From assembly GCA_934511365.1 (NCBI GenBank), contig CAKSWC010000003.1, positions 116,227-180,226 on the forward strand: 64,000 nucleotides of DNA, in the 5' to 3' direction. Made by a program: the position numbers and the translations under genes. The notes beneath the pieces are model-generated. The model was not told where the DNA came from, did no database searches, and saw only the letters and a program-made list of their open reading frames with translations. The DNA comes from an uncultured Eubacteriales bacterium. GTDB taxonomy: Bacteria > Bacillota > Clostridia > Oscillospirales > Acutalibacteraceae. This document shows, one piece after another, positions 38,793 through 50,200 of this stretch (its first letter is position 1; every line of letters begins with the position of its first letter).

Positions 38793-41146
38793 TATACCGC
38801 CCCCAAAAGTGCTCCAACAAGCTTTACAACAAACGCAAGCAGGTATGCAATCGCACACTGGCCGATAACAACACCGCCGGCCCATTTTCCGCCGAGTTCA
38901 CGGCGTATGGAAGCAATAGCGGCAACACATGGCGTATATAAAAGGCAAAAAACAAGAAGTGAGCTTGCAGCAAGAGGTGTAAGAAGGGTGGTGATTGAGG
39001 TTCCGGAAAGAAGGACGGAAAGAGTTGAAGCAACACTTTCTTTAGCCATGAAACCGGCAATGAGAGAGGTGCAAATTCTCCAATCGTTAAAACCGAGAGG
39101 GGAGAACAACGGAGCTATAAAGCCCGCAATGGATGAAAGCATACTTTCCTCCTGGTGCCCCAAAACCGGGTTAAGACGAAAATCAAAACTCTGCAAAAAC
39201 CAGATTACCACTGTTGCAATGAAAATCACGGTAAAGGCGCGCTGAAGAAAATCCTTTGCTTTATCCCAGATAAGCTGAAGAACATTTTTCAGCTTCGGCA
39301 TCCGATAATTCGGAAGCTCCATAACGAACGGAACAGCCTCACCCTTGAATGCGGTGCATTTCATAATTGAGGCAACGCCTATTGCTGTTAGTATTCCGAG
39401 AAAGTATATACCTATCATTATCAGACCGCTGTATTCCGGAAAGAATGCCTGGGTCAGAAGTCCGTAAATCGGAAGTTTTGCCGTGCAACTCATGAACGGA
39501 ATCAGCATAACGGTTAGCCGACGATCTCTTTGAGACGGCATTGTCCGGCTGGCCATGACGCCGGGAACAGTGCAGCCGAAACCGATCAGAAGCGGAACAA
39601 TGCTGCGGCCGGATAGCCCGATTTTTCGCAGCAGTTTATCGGTGACAAAAGCAATGCGTGCCATGTATCCGCTGTCTTCAAGAAGAGAAAGGAAAAGGAA
39701 CAGAATAAGTATTATCGGAATAAAGCTCAGTATACTGCCGATTCCGCCGAAAATGCCGTCAATTATCAATGAGTGAATTAAATCGTTAACGCCGGCTTCG
39801 GTCAAAAGCCGATCAATAAATCCGCTGAAAGAATCAATGCCCATTTGCAGAAGGTTTTGCAGTGCTGCGCCGACAACATTGAAAGTCAGATAAAAAACAA
39901 GAGCCATTATTCCGACGAATGCGGGAAGCGCTGTATATTTTCCGGTCAGTATTTTGTCAATTTTGCGGCTGCGTTTGTGTTCTTTGCTTTCGGCTGGTTT
40001 AACAACGCAGCGATTGCAAAGCCGTGTAATAAACGAAAAGCGCATATCTGCAACGGCCGCGGCGCGGTCAAGTCCGCCTTCTTTTTCCATTTGTAAAACG
40101 ATATGTTCAATCATTTCCTTTTCGTTGGCGGAAAGTTTGAGTGCGCTAAGAATCATTTCATCGCCCTCAATAACTTTCGTAGCTGCAAATCTCAAAGGTA
40201 TTTCTGCATTTTTTGCGTGGTCGCTGATGAGCTCCATGATACCGTGCAGCGCGCGGTGAACAGCTCCGCCGCGGCTGTTTTCATCACAGAAATCCGTTCG
40301 CCCCGGCCGCTCCTGATATTGAGCAACGTGAACAGCATGGCGTATGAGTTCATCAACACCCTCGTTTTTGGCTGCTGAAATCGGGACAACGGGAATCCCG
40401 AGCATAGCTTCCATTTTGTTGATGTCAACTGTTCCGCCGTTTCCTCGGACTTCGTCCATCATGTTTAGTGCAAGAACAATAGGAATTTCAAGCTCCATGA
40501 GCTGGAGCGTCAGATAGAGATTACGTTCGATGTTTGTTGCGTCAACAATATTGATAATGCCGGTTGGCTTTTGCTCAAGAATAAACGCGCGAGAAACGAG
40601 CTCTTCGCTTGTATACGGCGAAAGGGAGTATATTCCGGGAAGGTCAGTTACCTCGGTGTTTGAATATCCTCGGATTGCGCCGTCCTTGCGGTCAACAGTT
40701 ACTCCCGGAAAATTTCCAACATGCTGGTTTGAGCCTGTGAGCTGATTAAAAAGCGTTGTTTTTCCGCAATTCTGGTTTCCGGCAAGAGCAAAGGTCAAAA
40801 GCCTTCCTTTCGGCAATGGGTCGCCGCTGCCTTTAACGTGATATTTGCCATCTTCGCCAAGACCGGGATGCTCACTTTCTTCAAAAAAAGACGGATTCTT
40901 TTTCCTGAGAATATCAGACGGTTTCACAGGTTCAACTTCGATTTGAGCGGCATCGGACAGTCTGAGAGTCAGTTCATAGCCATGAATCAGAAGATCCATA
41001 GGATCACCCATCGGTGCAAACTGAATCAGCGTTGCGCTCGCGCCGGGAATTACACCCATGTCAAGAAAGTGCTGACGCAGCGTGCCTTTTCCGCCGACAG
41101 ATGTTATTCTTACGGTTTGGCCGACTTTCATTTCGCTTAATTTCAT
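38792..41146 (-). CDS. feoB: Ferrous iron transporter, FeoA-FeoB fusion
   Basis: An N-terminal FeoA/SH3-like domain (MKLSEMKVGQTVRITSV...) precedes the FeoB G-domain (GNQNCGKTTLFNQLTG, DLPGIYSL) and the membrane domain. The start at 41146 has GAGGGA upstream. Confidence 0.85.
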   Translation of the reverse strand: MKLSEMKVGQTVRITSVGGKGTLRQHFLDMGVIPGASATLIQFAPMGDPMDLLIHGYELTLRLSDAAQIEVEPVKPSDILRKKNPSFFEESEHPGLGEDGKYHVKGSGDPLPKGRLLTFALAGNQNCGKTTLFNQLTGSNQHVGNFPGVTVDRKDGAIRGYSNTEVTDLPGIYSLSPYTSEELVSRAFILEQKPTGIINIVDATNIERNLYLTLQLMELEIPIVLALNMMDEVRGNGGTVDINKMEAMLGIPVVPISAAKNEGVDELIRHAVHVAQYQERPGRTDFCDENSRGGAVHRALHGIMELISDHAKNAEIPLRFAATKVIEGDEMILSALKLSANEKEMIEHIVLQMEKEGGLDRAAAVADMRFSFITRLCNRCVVKPAESKEHKRSRKIDKILTGKYTALPAFVGIMALVFYLTFNVVGAALQNLLQMGIDSFSGFIDRLLTEAGVNDLIHSLIIDGIFGGIGSILSFIPIILILFLFLSLLEDSGYMARIAFVTDKLLRKIGLSGRSIVPLLIGFGCTVPGVMASRTMPSQRDRRLTVMLIPFMSCTAKLPIYGLLTQAFFPEYSGLIMIGIYFLGILTAIGVASIMKCTAFKGEAVPFVMELPNYRMPKLKNVLQLIWDKAKDFLQRAFTVIFIATVVIWFLQSFDFRLNPVLGHQEESMLSSIAGFIAPLFSPLGFNDWRICTSLIAGFMAKESVASTLSVLLSGTSITTLLTPLAASSLLVFCLLYTPCVAAIASIRRELGGKWAGGVVIGQCAIAYLLAFVVKLVGALLGAV

Positions 41147-41361
41147 TGTTATCCCTCGTTTAAAACATTTGTTGAAAAATTGTCCTGAATATTTCAAATA
41201 TTATATCACAAAAATATGCAGTTTGAATTTCAGCAATTAAAAATTGATATTTTTTCTTAACGATATTGAAAATATTTCCTTTCTGTGGTAGCATATGAAA
41301 GTAACCGCTTATCAATTATATTCAGCGGTTACAGAATAATTATGGGGAGAATCCAAAGAAA

Positions 41362-42789
41362 ATGAATAAGCAAAACAAAACACTGACGTTTGGTAAGATT
41401 GCAATCTATTCCATCGGAATATTTGGAATTCAGCTTCTTATCGGCTACATCAACACCTATCAGTCGCAGTTTTACTCAAAGGTTCTTTTTGCAAACTTTA
41501 ATAAGTGCGCGGTCATTATTCTTGTTGCAAAAATCATTAGTTCCTTAGCAGACCCGATAATAGGCAATATCATTAACTCTGCGCACTTCAAGTCCGGAAA
41601 AATGAAGCCCTTTGTTGCAATGAGTATCATTCCCTTTGCCCTCATTACAACAATCATGTTCATTGCCATCGACTTCAAAAGTGACTTTGCAAAGTATGCT
41701 TACATTACTGTTACAACCGTTCTCTGGAACATTGCAATGAGCTTTGCGGACATTCCGAGCCAGGGTATGCTTGCAACACTCAGTCCGTCAAGTGAGGAAA
41801 AGAACAGTTGCGCCGGAATTGCAAATATGCTCAAATCCCTTGCTCTTGTTGCTCCAAACCTTATTGTTCCGGTTATCTGCACCTTGACCGGCTCGAAGGA
41901 TATTACTGAAAAGGAATACATTATTGCCGCTGTTGCAATGAGCGTCTTTGCTGTAATAACAACCGCCCTTATGCTGCGAGGCTCCAAGGAAGTTGTTACA
42001 AGTGAACCGAATAAGCTGAGCTATAAGGAAATGTTCTCAGAACTTGTTTCCAACAAGCCGCTCATGATAGTTTTTCTTGTCAATATGCTTGGTTTCGGAC
42101 GCAATATGGCCGTCAGCATTGGTGTTCAGGCGGCGGCCGTTCTGCTTGACGAGGTCACGATTCCAGGACTCAACATCACCCTCGCCGGTGAAAATCTTCC
42201 AATCATTCTCGGCGTTGGCGCTGCAATTCCATCAACGCTTTCCGTTGTTTTGACGCCGCTCATCTCCAAAAAATTCGGTGTTAAAAAGACCTTTATGGCT
42301 CTTGGAATTTACGGAACGATTGCCGCTATGGGATACTATCTTCTCTTTGCGTTCGGACCTGCATGGTTCCGTTCACTCGGTGGAATTCTTGTTGGCCAGT
42401 TTGTTATCAACTTCATGTTTGGACCGCATGGATTTGCGCCGCTCGTAATGCTTTCCGATTCCGTTGACTATCGCGAAATGACAACAGGAAAAAGGAACGA
42501 GGGAATTCAGTATTCCGTTCTCAGCCTTTCATTCAAGCTTGCAAATGCATTTTCCGTTGCTGTTGGTCTCTTTATCGTTGGACTTTCCGGTTATGAAGCA
42601 GGAATGGTCTTTGCAGATGCCACTCAGCACATGAAAAATGTTGTTATGGTTGCTTATTGGTTCATTCCCGGACTTTGCACCGGACTTTCAATGATACCGA
42701 TGCTTTTCTATAAACTTGACAGAAAAGACATCAGGCAGCAAATGCGAGAGTTTATTGCCAAGCGTGACGGTACGGCAGTAACAAAGTGA
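41362..42789 (+). CDS. MFS transporter of the GPH (glycoside-pentoside-hexuronide:cation symporter) family
   Basis: About 12 TM segments and a GPH-like N-terminus. Confidence 0.7.
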   Translation: MNKQNKTLTFGKIAIYSIGIFGIQLLIGYINTYQSQFYSKVLFANFNKCAVIILVAKIISSLADPIIGNIINSAHFKSGKMKPFVAMSIIPFALITTIMFIAIDFKSDFAKYAYITVTTVLWNIAMSFADIPSQGMLATLSPSSEEKNSCAGIANMLKSLALVAPNLIVPVICTLTGSKDITEKEYIIAAVAMSVFAVITTALMLRGSKEVVTSEPNKLSYKEMFSELVSNKPLMIVFLVNMLGFGRNMAVSIGVQAAAVLLDEVTIPGLNITLAGENLPIILGVGAAIPSTLSVVLTPLISKKFGVKKTFMALGIYGTIAAMGYYLLFAFGPAWFRSLGGILVGQFVINFMFGPHGFAPLVMLSDSVDYREMTTGKRNEGIQYSVLSLSFKLANAFSVAVGLFIVGLSGYEAGMVFADATQHMKNVVMVAYWFIPGLCTGLSMIPMLFYKLDRKDIRQQMREFIAKRDGTAVTK

Positions 42790-42922
42790 TTCGCCCATTA
42801 ACGAAACATAGCTGACATAAAGCAGCAAAACGGAGATGATTTTCCGCTTTTGCGGCCACTGAATAGCATAACAAAAGCAACGGCGCAAAAGTCGTTGCTT
42901 TTTTGTTGAGTTTATATGTTTG

Positions 42923-43543
42923 TTATCTTTCAATCGCTTTGCAGCGGACAGTGATTCGATATTCCCCACCAAAGGTACAGGTGAAAAGAGTCAAATCCCA
43001 ATTTCCGCTATTCAATTTTTCAACCTGTTCGGGAAGAAGAATTTCCGTTTCAACAACCTCATAATCGAAACGGTTTGAGTCAACATCTGTGAAGCGAACC
43101 TTGTCTCCGGGTTGGAGCGATCTAAGGCGTGCAAAGTGACTGCGGTAGTTATGTGCCGCTATTACCATGTTTCCGAGATATGCCGAACCGGTGTATCTGC
43201 AAGGGGAGACAGTGAGATTGTCATAGCTCCATTCACTCAGCACCGGAAGTTTGAGCCCGAGCGCAGGTACACGCAAAACTCCAATGTAGTCAAGGCCGTC
43301 AATTCTTTTTGTCGGCATTTCAATATCCGGGTTTATGGTGTATTCAGGGCTGTTTCCCGGTTCTCGGTTTGTGGTGCTCGCACTGTTCTGCGGTTCAATC
43401 TGACTTATCAGTTTTTCAGCGGCGCCTATTGAAAGTTTTTCGCCTCTTTGTTCTTCAAGAATGTTTTTGCCGGTTAAAACCAGGGCTGCCGCCAAAAGCA
43501 GCAGCCCAATGATGATAAAAATGTTAGTTTTACTTTTCTTCAT
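42923..43543 (-). CDS. Sortase-family transpeptidase
   Basis: Has the TLxTC catalytic-Cys motif (TLFTCTFGG), the His region VIAAHN and an N-terminal membrane anchor. Confidence 0.7.
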   Translation of the reverse strand: MKKSKTNIFIIIGLLLLAAALVLTGKNILEEQRGEKLSIGAAEKLISQIEPQNSASTTNREPGNSPEYTINPDIEMPTKRIDGLDYIGVLRVPALGLKLPVLSEWSYDNLTVSPCRYTGSAYLGNMVIAAHNYRSHFARLRSLQPGDKVRFTDVDSNRFDYEVVETEILLPEQVEKLNSGNWDLTLFTCTFGGEYRITVRCKAIER

Positions 43544-44768
43544 TTTCCCGTCTCTTTTTCAAAAGTATTCCGATAAGCAAAAACAGCATTCCTCCGGCGG
43601 CGAGTATCATAACCGGCCACCAAAGCAGGCCTGTGCGGGGAATTTTCGGCTTGTTATAGCTGTTTGTCAGAACAAAGGTGTAGCCATTAAGCTCGGTTTT
43701 GGCGGTATAATCTGAAAGGCTCTGCTCTTTAAGCGACCATGTAATGTATTCGCCGTTTTCATCAAGACTGTCAAGTTCGTCCCATGTGTAGCTCCAGTTG
43801 TTGCTTTTTGAAAGCTCTGCGGAATCAAAAACTTTTCCGTTTTTCAAAAGCTCAACTTCAATAGAAGTCGGACGCTTGTTTTCATAGCCATTGTCATCCC
43901 AAATTTTTTGAACGCTGCGCGTTGTTGTTTTTCCGTCCGGAAACTCCGGCTCATATTCGTTCGTCAGCGTTATTATATTCTCGTCATATGAAACGGAAAC
44001 AATATAATCATTAATTTCGCGTTCAACGGCTTCCCAGTCAATTTCAAGTCCGTCATTGTCATATTTTGGAAGATTTTTCCATTCATATTTCCAGTTACTC
44101 TCGGCGTTAAGAGAGACGGTATTATAGACATCACCGTCCTTCAAAAGGTCAACGGTAACGCTTTTTGGTCTTTTGATTCCCTTGTCGTTTTTCCAGAGCT
44201 TAATAACTTTGCGCTCGGTTGTTTCGCCGTTGTTTTTATCTTTACTGTGTTTCATATCGACCGTAACATCAAAAACATATGAACCGCTTTCGCTGTTATA
44301 GCAGGGGAGGGCAACAAGAACGGGTTCGGTTTTATAGGTATAGCCGTCCTTTTCAAAAGATTTTCCGATAACAAGATAAAGACCGTTTTCCAAATTGTTT
44401 TCACCGGTTGGAAAAACAAGAAGACCGTTTTCATTTGTTGTTCCGCTGTCAATAGGCGTCAGTTTGTCGCGCTTAATATAGCCGGCAAGAGTTTGAGCGG
44501 CTGATTTGAGCGCATCGGCATCAGCACCGGAGATATCAACCGGGTAGCCGGAAAATTCATCGGTTAAAGAAAATTTTCTGTTTTCGTCAATGCCTGCAAT
44601 ATAATAAAGTTCAAACTCTGCACCTGAGATCGGCTCGCCGTCATCAATAAATTCAAGAGTAAGGCCCGGTTTATCTTTGGCAAAGACAGTTCCGGCAACG
44701 CTTGAGAAAGCGAGAATGCAGGCAGCGCAAAGAAAAACGGAGATAAAGCGTTCAATTTTATTTTTCAC
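43530..44768 (-). CDS. Cna B-repeat cell-wall-anchored protein (minor/basal pilin candidate)
   Basis: Contains two Cna B-type repeats (VIKLWKNDKGIKRPKSVTVDLLKDGD... and VQKIWDDNGYENKRPTSIEVELLKNGK...). The C-terminus is KIPRTG, then a hydrophobic segment, then KKRRENEEK. GTG start at 44768. Confidence 0.6.
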   Translation of the reverse strand: MKNKIERFISVFLCAACILAFSSVAGTVFAKDKPGLTLEFIDDGEPISGAEFELYYIAGIDENRKFSLTDEFSGYPVDISGADADALKSAAQTLAGYIKRDKLTPIDSGTTNENGLLVFPTGENNLENGLYLVIGKSFEKDGYTYKTEPVLVALPCYNSESGSYVFDVTVDMKHSKDKNNGETTERKVIKLWKNDKGIKRPKSVTVDLLKDGDVYNTVSLNAESNWKYEWKNLPKYDNDGLEIDWEAVEREINDYIVSVSYDENIITLTNEYEPEFPDGKTTTRSVQKIWDDNGYENKRPTSIEVELLKNGKVFDSAELSKSNNWSYTWDELDSLDENGEYITWSLKEQSLSDYTAKTELNGYTFVLTNSYNKPKIPRTGLLWWPVMILAAGGMLFLLIGILLKKRRENEEK

Positions 44769-45603
44769 TTTTTCCACCTCTTCTTGTTTTTTTCTTCTTC
44801 GATCCGAAAGTGAACACGGCAATAATCAGCACCGAAAGAACCGGCAAAGCAACAATGGGAGCCACTACAAGCGGCTCAATGCGAATGGCGTCAGATGTTA
44901 CTCTGGCAGACGTGTTGTCAACAGTTGCAACTCTGTGTCCGCGAACCAGAAGGCGGTGTGAGTTGATTCCGTATGGTGTGCAGGTAACAAGAGTGCAAAG
45001 ATCTTTTCCGTTTTCAATTCCTAGCGATTCAACCTCTTGCGGTTCAACGATCAAAATTTGGTCAACTTCATAAGTAAGAACTTCATTGAGAACGCGGATA
45101 ACAAATGTGTCGCCCTCAGTGAGCTTGTCAAGATTAGTAAAAAGCTTTGCGCTGGGAAGCCCTCTGTGGCCGGAAAGGACGCAATGCGTGCTTTCGCCGC
45201 CAACGGGGAGCGATGACCAATCAAGATGACCTATTGCAATTTGAAGAACGGAATCATCCGTTCCGTGATATATCGGGAGCGAAACTTTAATATTCGGAAT
45301 TTCAATGTATCCCATGATGCCGTTTCCGCCAATGTCAAGGAGCTTTTCATATTGCTCTTTCTGTTCGGGAAGAAGCGTAAATGAAATTCCTCGCTTTGAA
45401 AGTGCGCGGTTGTATTCTGCTGCATTGAATAGCATTTTTTTATATTTATCTTCATCAAGATTGCGGATATTTTCATCGTATTCCGCAACCGCTCTTGAGG
45501 CGTGCAGAGAGTTCCAGTAGTCGCTTACTGTCGGATACAGAAGCAAGGACAGTCCTGCCAAAAAGACAACAGACAATAAAATTGTTGATAGCTTGTTCTT
45601 CAT
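44758..45603 (-). CDS. Class C (pilus-specific) sortase
   Basis: Has TLVTCTPYG with the catalytic Cys and the His in VLSGHRG. The start at MKNKLSTILL has AAGGAGAG upstream. Confidence 0.75.
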   Translation of the reverse strand: MKNKLSTILLSVVFLAGLSLLLYPTVSDYWNSLHASRAVAEYDENIRNLDEDKYKKMLFNAAEYNRALSKRGISFTLLPEQKEQYEKLLDIGGNGIMGYIEIPNIKVSLPIYHGTDDSVLQIAIGHLDWSSLPVGGESTHCVLSGHRGLPSAKLFTNLDKLTEGDTFVIRVLNEVLTYEVDQILIVEPQEVESLGIENGKDLCTLVTCTPYGINSHRLLVRGHRVATVDNTSARVTSDAIRIEPLVVAPIVALPVLSVLIIAVFTFGSKKKKTRRGGKSEK

Positions 45604-45689
45604 TTTTTTGCAAAACTCTCCTTGCTGCTGTTTGAGCAGACGGAGAGAAAGACTCTCCGTCTGCATTAGGTGTTAACTAAAAATTGTAA

Positions 45690-47132
45690 TCAGTCAGCCG
45701 TTTTGCTCATGCGCTTTTTGGTGATGAGGAGAATGCCTGCGGCTGCAACAAGAACTGCACCAACAATGTAGAAAATTGTGGTACCGATGCCGCCGGTTGA
45801 GGGAAGCTCCGGACCCATCTTGTTCAGAACCTTAACTACAGCGGCTTTCTCGTCATCCTGAGTAATGGTTGCGGTGCCTTCGTTTGTTTCATTGTTAATC
45901 TCTTTGGTGATAACAACCTTCACCGGAGCGGCAAGCTTGTTATATCCGGCCGGAGCTTCTGTTTCTTCAAGATAATAGGTACCTTCGTCAAGACCGACGA
46001 TTTCGATCTTTCCGTCAGCAGCGGATACAAAAGTGTAAGCTTCGTTCACATTTTCCGACCAACCGGCGATTTTGTTGTTAGCAACCTGTGCATAGAGCTT
46101 TTTGCCGTCAACTTCTTTGTAAAGCCTGAACTCAGCATCGCCAAGACCTTTTTCTGTTTCACCGTCTGCAGTGTACTTGAAAACATCAAATTTCCAGACA
46201 TAGGTGCGGGTTATTGATCTTCTAGTAACATTATGTTTGTCACCGTATTCAAGCCAGGATTCGTTCGGGTTTCCTGTACCGCTGACAACTGCATTGGCAT
46301 TAATGGTTGCAGAATATTCAACAACGATCACATCGTTCGGCTTGACAAGATTTTCGGCAAAGCTAATTTCAAACGTGCAGCCGTCTTCACAATTGGTTGA
46401 AATTGTGTAATCTGTGCCCGCAGTAAGCGGATCGCCGTTGTTAATTTTAATGCTGTCAACAGCGTTAAAGGTGAGACCGTCACTCATCTTATCGTGGATA
46501 ACATAATTCTTCGGTTCACCGTCAGCGGCTTTAACTGTGATTCTGAAGTTAACAGTGTCACCGATGTTGGCATCATTGGTTTTGCCGTAGGCACCGGTTG
46601 AGTTTTCCTGAACTTCCTTATCGAGGGTCGGTTTGCTGTTTTTTTCCTTGATGGTAACATTCGGAGTTGTTGTGTCAAGTGAGCAAACGGAATCAAGAGA
46701 AGAATGAAGAAGATAGTAACCGAGGTCAAGATTCTCGAATTTAACTTCACTTCCTGTTGCGGTTTTTTCTCCGTCTTTTGCAATGCCTTTGCTTTCGGCA
46801 AAGCTATAAGCGTCTTTTGCAAATGCCGCTACGTCTGCTCCTTCTTTCCATGATACATAGCCGTTAGCACCTTTTTTAACATAATTAAGACCTGCTGCAC
46901 CTGCGGTGAAAAAGTCATTCCATTTTGAGTTGACTGTGTAAAGTATACCGTTATAGTCGCTGGTATGATCAGCAATGTCAAAAATGCGATAGATGGTGTA
47001 AGTTTGATCTTTAACAGCATTGTCAACAGTAATGCTGCCTTTTGTTTCACCGGCCGCAAAAGCGACCACGCCGCTGACAAGCACAAGAGCAAGTGCAAGT
47101 ATTACGGCAAAAATTGATTTTGTACGTTTCAT
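45690..47132 (-). CDS. LPXTG-anchored pilin/surface protein (LPSTG)
   Basis: Signal peptide, then C-terminal ELPSTGG, a hydrophobic segment and KKRMSK. Confidence 0.65.
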   Translation of the reverse strand: MKRTKSIFAVILALALVLVSGVVAFAAGETKGSITVDNAVKDQTYTIYRIFDIADHTSDYNGILYTVNSKWNDFFTAGAAGLNYVKKGANGYVSWKEGADVAAFAKDAYSFAESKGIAKDGEKTATGSEVKFENLDLGYYLLHSSLDSVCSLDTTTPNVTIKEKNSKPTLDKEVQENSTGAYGKTNDANIGDTVNFRITVKAADGEPKNYVIHDKMSDGLTFNAVDSIKINNGDPLTAGTDYTISTNCEDGCTFEISFAENLVKPNDVIVVEYSATINANAVVSGTGNPNESWLEYGDKHNVTRRSITRTYVWKFDVFKYTADGETEKGLGDAEFRLYKEVDGKKLYAQVANNKIAGWSENVNEAYTFVSAADGKIEIVGLDEGTYYLEETEAPAGYNKLAAPVKVVITKEINNETNEGTATITQDDEKAAVVKVLNKMGPELPSTGGIGTTIFYIVGAVLVAAAGILLITKKRMSKTAD

Positions 47133-47222
47133 TTTTTAAATGAACTCCTTTCATTTTAAACATAAATTTATTATTTCAGATCAGCTTTCGGCGTTGCTTA
47201 GTTTCGCCGTCAGAAAAGAGGC

Positions 47223-50200
47223 TTAGCCAAACCTCCTTTCTTTTTTGCGCCTCAAGCCGAGTCCCATCAAAAGACTTCCTGCAATCAAAAGCAGGCCGCC
47301 CATTGTTAACCACAGTGTTCCGGCGGAGCCGGTTTCGGGAAGGGTGTATTCGTAAACCGTGTTTGTTGCGGTCAGCAAAACATCATCTTCCATTGTGAAT
47401 GTTACACTGCCGTCCGCATTGCTTTCAAGGGCTGTTGCGTCCAATGAATAGGAGGCAACAAAGCCGTCTGCATTAACCTCGCGAACGGTGACAACGGCGC
47501 CGCGGGGGATAGAGGTTAAAGCTTCGGTTTCTCCGTTGGAAACATTGAGAGTCTCGGTTTTTGCGTTGCCGCCAATATCATTGAACGAAATTTCAAAGGT
47601 AAACGGACTTTCTGAAGTATACTCAAAAGAACTGCTGACAAGCTTCTTGAGGCTCAAAGTCCGGTGGGAGGTGTTGACGCATTTGAGAACAACGTCCTGC
47701 TTCAATGATTGAATGACGCAGGTTGAACCGCTTGTGATGAGCGTGTTGCCTTCATAATATTCAACCGAAAAACCGGTTGCCGAAGTTTCGGTAACAGTCA
47801 CCTTTGCGCCGTACGGAATATCAGAAACGGTTCCAAAATTGCCGTTGGAAACATTAACAACCTGAGAGCCGGTTTCTCCGTTCGCCGCCCAGTCAACCTT
47901 GAAGCTATACATTGTTCCGCCGGAGATGTCAGCATTATCAAGGCTTCTGACCTCCTTTTGAACGGTCAGCGTCTTTTTTTGATAATTGTTCTTGACGTTG
48001 ACGACCGCGCCGGTTGAATCAAGCGTAGCAAGGTCGCTGCCGGATTCGAGCGTCAGATTGCTGTTTTTGTCAATGCTGACGGTAATGGGCGTAGGAAGCA
48101 GCGCGCAGCCGTCCGGAGCGGCAGTTTCGGTAACGGTATAGGTTCCCGCCTTCAGTCCGCGAACGGTCAGCATTCCGCTTTCGGAAACGGAAAGCTGCGT
48201 TACGCTTTCAACCGGAGTTGAAATGTCGGAGACCGGAATAACATACCACTCCTGAAGCTCTTCAAGGTTCGCCTGCGTTCTGTCGCTGCGAAGGTCAACA
48301 TTTTCTCCCGCTTTTGCGGGATGGCTTCTTTGCTCAAGCGAAAGCAGCATATTGCCTTCGGCGGCACCCATTGGGCGAATGCGGTAGGTTCCGTTGTTAT
48401 TCTTTTCAAAAGCCCATTTCCGGCTTTCCGCAACGGTACTGCCGACAGTTGAAACATTGACCGCCGCGCCAACGGCGAGCGAGTTATCTTTAAGCTCAAG
48501 ATAGCCGCCTTGTCTGCACTGAACGGTGTAATAGCCGTCACTTGTTTTGGTGATTTTAAACTTATGAGAATCAAAGCCGGTGTTGGTCTGCGTCTCGGCG
48601 GTGAAAAGACCGTTTGAGCCGCCGCTTCTTCTTCCGAGGGCAAGGCTTGGCGCACTCACCGGAACGATGTAATAATCCTCACCGGAGATGATTTTCGCTC
48701 CGGCGTTGTTCGCGGCAATGTAGCTTCCGCTGTCCTTTTTAAGGAAGGCGACGGCGCCTGCGTCAGAGTCGGCAACCGAAAAGGCCGCACCGGAGAGAGG
48801 CTCGCCGTTTTGGTCAACTTTTCTCAGTGTGAATCCCGCCGAGCTGCTGCCCGTGTTGGTGAACAAAACAGAGTTGTTGATATTCTTGGAAATTGAGCCG
48901 TTGACCTCTTTGCTCAAAGAGGTGACGCCGTTAACCGTTGATGCAACGGTATAGTTGGCCGGAGTCATCTCGCTTATCTTATACCTGATTCCGAGGGGCA
49001 GGTTCTTGATAATGATATACTGACCGTCCCTGAGGGTAAATGTGTCGCCGTCGCAGACGATAATTTCATCACCGACCGAGGTGGCGTCCGCGTTGAACTT
49101 TGTATAGGCATAGTCATCAAGTATCGTATTCCCGTTCTTATCATAAAAGCGGATTCTGAATTTGAATTCATCGGTACCGTTTCCGTCAATAACGGTCTTT
49201 TTAACCGTGAGGTCATCCGTTGTCTGTTCAATGTTCTTTCCGCTGACGTTCGGAAGAGTAAACTGCATATAGCACGAGGAGCCGGAGGCACCGCGCTCGG
49301 TGTAGTAAATTGTCAGCCTATGCTTTCCTGCAACGCCCTTCGGAAGGTAATCCCAAAGGTCAACAATCTCTCCGACCGAGGAATGAACGCCGCCAACATC
49401 GCAAATCAGCCTGTTGTCAAGGAACACCCAAAGGTCATCGTCTCCATAGAAGAAATATTCAAGCGGGCCGACATAGTCGGCGGTGATGTTGAATTCAATA
49501 ACCGAGTGCATCCCGAAAAACGAGTTGTGCAAATTTCCGTCATCGCTGACGGGGAAGGTTCCGTTAAGTGTTCCGACATTCGGAAAATTCGTTCCGTCAT
49601 TGTCTGCATAACCAAAAAACGGAACCCCGTTGTTATATTTTCCGAATTTCGGGTCGGTGCAATTTGTTGCGCTGTCAAGCGGCCAAAAGTCATTGGTGAA
49701 TATATGGGGATATGTTATTGAGCTTGTCGGCGACGGGTTGAAGAAACCGTTGAGATTATTTACGCTTCCAACGCCGTTGACCGTTGCGGAAGTGAGCGAA
49801 TATGTGTCACCCTTACGATTGAAGGTGAGCTTGCTGTTTTCATAGGTTGTTTTTCCCTTGGCGTTGCCGTCGTTGAAAAGCTTCGGTGCAACTATCCACT
49901 CATTGTATACGATTTTTCCGTCCGAAAGGCTGTGGGCAATACCGAAGTTGCAGCCTTTGTTAATCCTGTTTCCGCTGTGCGCATTAAGCGCAAGGTTGTC
50001 AAACTTCCAATGACCCATTCCGGTTCCGCAGTTGGCGTTGCCGAAGGCGAGGACGTCAACGTGACTTCCCCATGTTCTTTGTCCGTTGCGGCTTGTTCCG
50101 TAGTTTGTGCTTGAATTGATGCCGGCCGTTCCGCTGAGCCAGCGGCCGCGACCCGAATCATAGCCGTCTGTAATGTCATAATCATAAAATGTTGCAGTGT

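Noticed and set aside
38652-38885. A 77-aa version of the Cys-rich ORF overlapping the feoB 3' end
   Set aside because: Its first 31 residues are simply another frame of the feoB coding sequence. The internal ATG at 38792 overlaps the feoB stop (TAATG) and yields the expected single-TM peptide.
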